Assembly (NCBI RefSeq): GCF_002105155.1
Contig: NW_019029020.1
Location: 186,001-250,000 of the forward strand
Direction of reading: 5' to 3'
From: Lobosporangium transversale
Lineage: Eukaryota
DNA: 64,000 nucleotides
Part shown: piece by piece, positions 59,834 to 64,000 of the stretch
Numbering within the stretch: the stretch's first letter is position 1
How the letters are laid out: the number at the start of each line of letters is the position of its first letter
Notes under the pieces: model-generated
Told to the model about the DNA's origin: nothing
The model's input: only the letters and a program-made list of their open reading frames with translations
Databases searched by the model: none
Program-made: the position numbers and the translations under genes

Positions 59834-60401
59834 TTATTGTTGAACAGCAGCGCCAGACTTGGTGTGATTGTGAAGAACTGGCTGATGGACTTGGATGTTT
59901 TGGGTCTGCTTAAAGTTATTGTTCGGCTGGTGTTTAGGTTGGTTTTCCTGCATCCGGGCAAGACGCTCACCAGCCGCAAGACGAGTTTGCTTCTCGTATT
60001 CGAACCGCTCTAACTTCTCAAGCTCGCGCTCGTCCTCATTTGGGTGTTTCTTATCGGCATCCTTATCATTAGGTTTCCTCTCGTGTTCCCTAATAACCAA
60101 CAAGAAACAAGAGGATAAGCAAATTAAAAATAAAAAAAAATAAAAAAAAAAATTTGGCAACAAAGACCTACTTCTTAACGACAGGAACAGTGTGGTCGTG
60201 TGCAGGGACTCGCATGCCTCCAACCTTGGCTGTTAAAAAAAAAATAATCATAATTGAATACCTTTACTCGTGAGCAAGGATGATTGTGTAAATATGCTTC
60301 AAACGACTGGAGAACAATATCAGGAAATTTTGTTAGGACTTTCTTGGTAATATCTTACTAGCAGCCTGGCGCCCAGCCTTGCTCTCGATTTCAACGTTCA
60401 T
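59834..60401 (-). CDS. Small DAP1-like (death-associated protein family) protein, 118 aa
   Basis: Exons 60401-60359, 60229-60172, 60089-59834 (357 nt, canonical GT-AG). Product MNVEIESKAGRQAATKVGGMRVPAHDHTVPVVKKEHERKPNDKDADKK...KQTQNIQVHQPVLHNHTKSGAAVQQ. Confidence 0.75.
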
Positions 60402-60500
60402 AACGGTGTATTGTCTATATCAAATGTAGCTGGTTAAGTAAGTGAAAAAATCGATGAAGATAAAGGAAAAATGAAAAATGACTTTCAGGAGAGAAAAGAA

Positions 60501-60534
<34 letters not shown>

Positions 60535-61827
60535 ACTCTTTTAAGGGAAATGGGTGTTTCAAGTCATGAAAACCCAGTAATGTGAACTGAGGGCCTGATA
60601 CAGCACAAAGATGTACATGTTGTATGATAAAATGCCTTGAAGTCACACGCACAACGCGACCTTTATGCTTGGACACTTGATGGATTTTGGAGTGGTCAAG
60701 GCGCAGGGGAAAACCTTATTATGTCACGTGAATTGCAGTCAGTTTCAGTGTGACATTTCTTCTAGATTTCTAGATTAAATATATTCATGTCATTAGTGCC
60801 TCCACGGTGCAGCTATTCACTAATGCTGGATTGTGTAACGGTAATATTAATGTAGTTTACAGAACATGAGGTTCAGTCATGTCTCCTGTAGAATGAAAAT
60901 GCGTCATGGTTGTGAGAATACTGTGTTTCCCTTGTTTCAAGAAGAACTCCCCCTGCACAATGGAGAGATAAAATATATATATATTTGATGATGAGAATGA
61001 ACAGATCTATGCTACCCGTTCAAACAATCTTTTGTGTCGGAAGCAAAACCATTATCTAGACATGGACCAGTGCCCTGTTCAATGAATTTTGATGTCTGGT
61101 CATCTCGAGCATGTGAGAAACAACGGACGATATACTCCTTCCTCCCTTGTAATAAACTACAATATAAACTAATATAAGTACATGTACTTTGTCAGGTAGA
61201 CGCAAAAAAATGACGACTGTGTCTCTTCCTCACAAGTCAATTGCTTTATATTTCATTTATTTGTACACACAACGTAACGAACGATACAATAAATATGTTA
61301 TACAGATTATAAAATAATAAAGGGGCTCTCAGCTGCGAAGAAGAACGAAAAGTGAGTGTAAAATCTAAAGAACAATTTCTATCTTTTGGAAACAGGGTGC
61401 AAGATCCGTCTGTAATAGACTACAAGGAATAACATTCACCAAAGGGATGAAAAATAGGTTAGCGCTAATCGTCAATAGCGCAATTGATAAGGGTATGCAT
61501 CTCAGTTTGGTCTGGAACCCCGCTTCTTTGGCCTTTCCCTTTCGTTAAAAAAAGTCTGTTATTATTATTAGCCTAACTTTGCTGATTTGTTTTATTTCAT
61601 ATTTTACTTTGCTAACGTTGTTTGCATTTCCTATTTCATCATTCATTCATCATACTCCTTCTCTCCTTCTTCTCTCCTTCATCACCTCAGGCCAACACTT
61701 TTCATTCCTTTCATCATCATACTCCACCACATTCACACCATCCTCAATAAGAACAAAAAAAAAAAAGCAGTAGGAGATTAGTAAAAAAAAAAAAAAACTC
61801 CCCTCTACTTTTATTGTTTCCTAAAGG

Positions 61828-63399
61828 ATGGCCTCTCCAAAACTCAGGCCAGCGTTGTTGCCACGTTATTCCTCTGGCACAGGGACAAACACAGCAGCAG
61901 CAGCAAGGCGGTACACTCAACGGCAGTTGATCATCTTGATATCGTTCGTACTCTTAATCACTTCAGGAACCATGCTCATCTTCCATGTCGTCACTGGCCC
62001 AATGTCTTCGTCCAAAAAGGCTGTCGGCTGCAGTACGGATGCAGAATTCTCCATTATTCGCTGGAGGCAGCCCATCAGGAGTACCGAGCACACCAATGAC
62101 TTAAGCAGTGGTGTCAAGCTAGAGATGGAAGGCAACGTGTACAGTAACGGTAGAGACGCTGGCCGTCTCTCGAATAATGAAATGAATAATCAATCCTCCA
62201 ATGACAACACACATGAACCCCCATCAAATCAAGGAACTAACCCAGACTCTAACAACGGCAGCTTGGAGAAACTTGCGCCTGAAGAAGGAGAGGATGATAT
62301 AGAAGTTCCAGAAGAGGAAGAGGAAGTGGAGCCTCTGGTTCCTTTCCATGAGACGTTGGATCAAGACGACGGCGTTAAATACGTCACTTATCTCCCTTAT
62401 GCTGGCATCACCAACCAATTTTATGGCATGCTCCGTGGTATGGAGGTCGCTAAGGCCTTGGGTAGAACGTTGATTATTCCGCCAATTACAGCATCCTCTC
62501 ATGACAAGTCAAAGCAGAATCAGCCGTGGTCCAAGTTCCTTGATCTTGAGCGGTTTCAGGAGCTTACAGGGGCTAAAGTGATTGAGTTTCATAAACTCCG
62601 CGATGCAGAACAGACAAAGTATAATGAGATGGAATGCAAAATCACCTGTGGTTTTGGTTCGAAGCGCACAATTGATTTCACGGCTAAAGGCTTTTTAAAG
62701 CAGTGGAGCCTTAATGTCACTTTGACTCCACTCTCAATTGACGCCAACAAACTAGACACGATCACTCGGATTCTGGGAGCTTATCGCGATGACAAGTTTA
62801 TTTGTATTTCCAACACCTACAAAATCAGTGTTGCTGACAAATCAGAGTGGGATCGCTTTGGTCAGCACTTGCACTTCACTAAGGAGCTAGAGGACTTTGT
62901 ACAAAATTTCTTGGACACACATTTGGTCAAGCCTGAGCCTGTGTATGATCCAAAATCAAGGCAGGAGATTGTACCGACCCAAAAGTATATTGCAATCCAT
63001 ATACGTCGCGGAGATTTCGCTCAGTACTGCCGCGACAATTTTGCAGGGCCCAAGATGGTTCATTGCTTCCCAACAACCGAGGAGATTGCTCAGCGTGTAG
63101 ACAAGATTCAGTCCAAATATAGCTCTACTGGATCATTGACGAACGTCATGCCTGTCTTCGTAGCAACGAATGAACGCCGACCCGAGGAATTGAAGAAGTT
63201 TGCAGATCTGGGTTGGACATACTTGGATCATGATCAGATGGGTACAGCTGAGAAATTGGGTGTCTTTGGTCCTATGATGGTTGATCAGGTCTTTATGGCG
63301 CATGCACAAGCATTGATTGGTATTCAAATGAGTACGTTTTCAAGAGTAGGAGCCTTACGACAGCGCGACTGGCACAATCGACAGGTCGAATATATGTAA
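61828..63399 (+). CDS. Type II membrane GDP-fucose O-fucosyltransferase-like glycosyltransferase, intronless, 523 aa
   Basis: N-terminal TM helix and acidic stem; motifs YLPYAGITNQF, LGRTLIIP, YIAIHIRRGDF, FVATNE, VDQ...A..LIG...STFS. Confidence 0.85.
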   Translation: MASPKLRPALLPRYSSGTGTNTAAAARRYTQRQLIILISFVLLITSGTMLIFHVVTGPMSSSKKAVGCSTDAEFSIIRWRQPIRSTEHTNDLSSGVKLEMEGNVYSNGRDAGRLSNNEMNNQSSNDNTHEPPSNQGTNPDSNNGSLEKLAPEEGEDDIEVPEEEEEVEPLVPFHETLDQDDGVKYVTYLPYAGITNQFYGMLRGMEVAKALGRTLIIPPITASSHDKSKQNQPWSKFLDLERFQELTGAKVIEFHKLRDAEQTKYNEMECKITCGFGSKRTIDFTAKGFLKQWSLNVTLTPLSIDANKLDTITRILGAYRDDKFICISNTYKISVADKSEWDRFGQHLHFTKELEDFVQNFLDTHLVKPEPVYDPKSRQEIVPTQKYIAIHIRRGDFAQYCRDNFAGPKMVHCFPTTEEIAQRVDKIQSKYSSTGSLTNVMPVFVATNERRPEELKKFADLGWTYLDHDQMGTAEKLGVFGPMMVDQVFMAHAQALIGIQMSTFSRVGALRQRDWHNRQVEYM

Positions 63400-63765
63400 C
63401 TAGAAAAAAAAAAAAAAAAAGCCTCATTTATTTTACCCTCCGCCTTTTATTCTATTTTATCTACTTTCATACTTAAAAAAGCAACCATGTCAACTTTTGC
63501 TCTTAAAGGATAATGTAATAAATGTATACCATTTAAACAGAAGCAAATACTAGAAACATAGCATTAAAATTAAAGAAAACTAAATGCAGTTTGGGTACAA
63601 TTACATCGACTTTTACATGGCGCCCTGCTGCGGGCACTGGAGTTATTGGACATGGAGGCCCTTAACTATCTTCCAGGAATGAGTTAGAAATACAAAAAGA
63701 TATAAATGTATAGCTTTCTTCTCTCTTTTTCTTTCTCTTTCTCTTTCTCTTTCTCTTTCTCTCTC

Positions 63766-63797
<32 letters not shown>

Positions 63798-63830
63798 GTT
63801 AACCGAACTCACTTTATCCCACAATAAGCG

Positions 63831-64000
63831 ATGTCTAACCAGACCAATACTACCAATGTCCCAGCGGCTCCCACGAATGCAAAGGCACCAAAGTGCCCTT
63901 TGCCTTATCGCCACGAAGACTTGATCCTCATCCATGCTACCGTTCCAGAGGTCATTCAACGGACCTGGACTAATAATATGGAGGAATGGGCTAAAGGTGT
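63831..64000 (+). CDS. 5' part of a gene cut by the window edge, possibly a fungal GNAT (LYC1-like) acetyltransferase
   Basis: Frame open from ATG 63831 to the end: MSNQTNTTNVPAAPTNAKAPKCPLPYRHEDLILIHATVPEVIQRTWTNNMEEWAKG. A possible upstream exon 63652-63682 would join in frame. Family call rests only on a weak resemblance (DLIL..AT...W....W.G). Confidence 0.4.
   Translation, partial: MSNQTNTTNVPAAPTNAKAPKCPLPYRHEDLILIHATVPEVIQRTWTNNMEEWAKG

Overview
Gene-dense, intron-rich fungal DNA with very frequent 20-35 nt poly(A)/poly(T) runs. Gene content and intron style suggest an early-diverging fungus, probably Mortierellaceae (inference). I rebuilt the spliced genes by hand from splice sites and reading frame. 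They are: a Cla4-type PAK kinase (cut by the left edge), two near-identical intronless flavin monooxygenases flanking an ING PHD-finger gene, a GRAM/VASt sterol transporter, two tandem enolases, Ras2, AP-3 mu, a mucin-like membrane protein, an alpha/beta hydrolase, a MetR/CYS-3-type bZIP, PheRS beta, a JmjC-zinc-finger protein, DDX42, MET22/HAL2, a DAP1-like small protein, an O-fucosyltransferase-like protein and a probable GNAT start at the right edge. A decayed island at about 10.8-14.5 kb holds a transposase relic, a nuclease-like pseudogene and a dispersed repeat with a second copy at about 47.4-48.2 kb. Main findings: (1) Ras2 can only be read in frame through a chain of microexons (30, 18, 18, 22 and 2 nt), one followed by a GC donor; (2) a three-exon gene missed by the ORF track encodes a fungal protein carrying the terminal motifs of animal DAP1/Dap1b, a ribosome-dormancy factor; (3) both paralog pairs (FMO, enolase) look homogenised by gene conversion. 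No database searches were run; family calls rest on recognised motifs.
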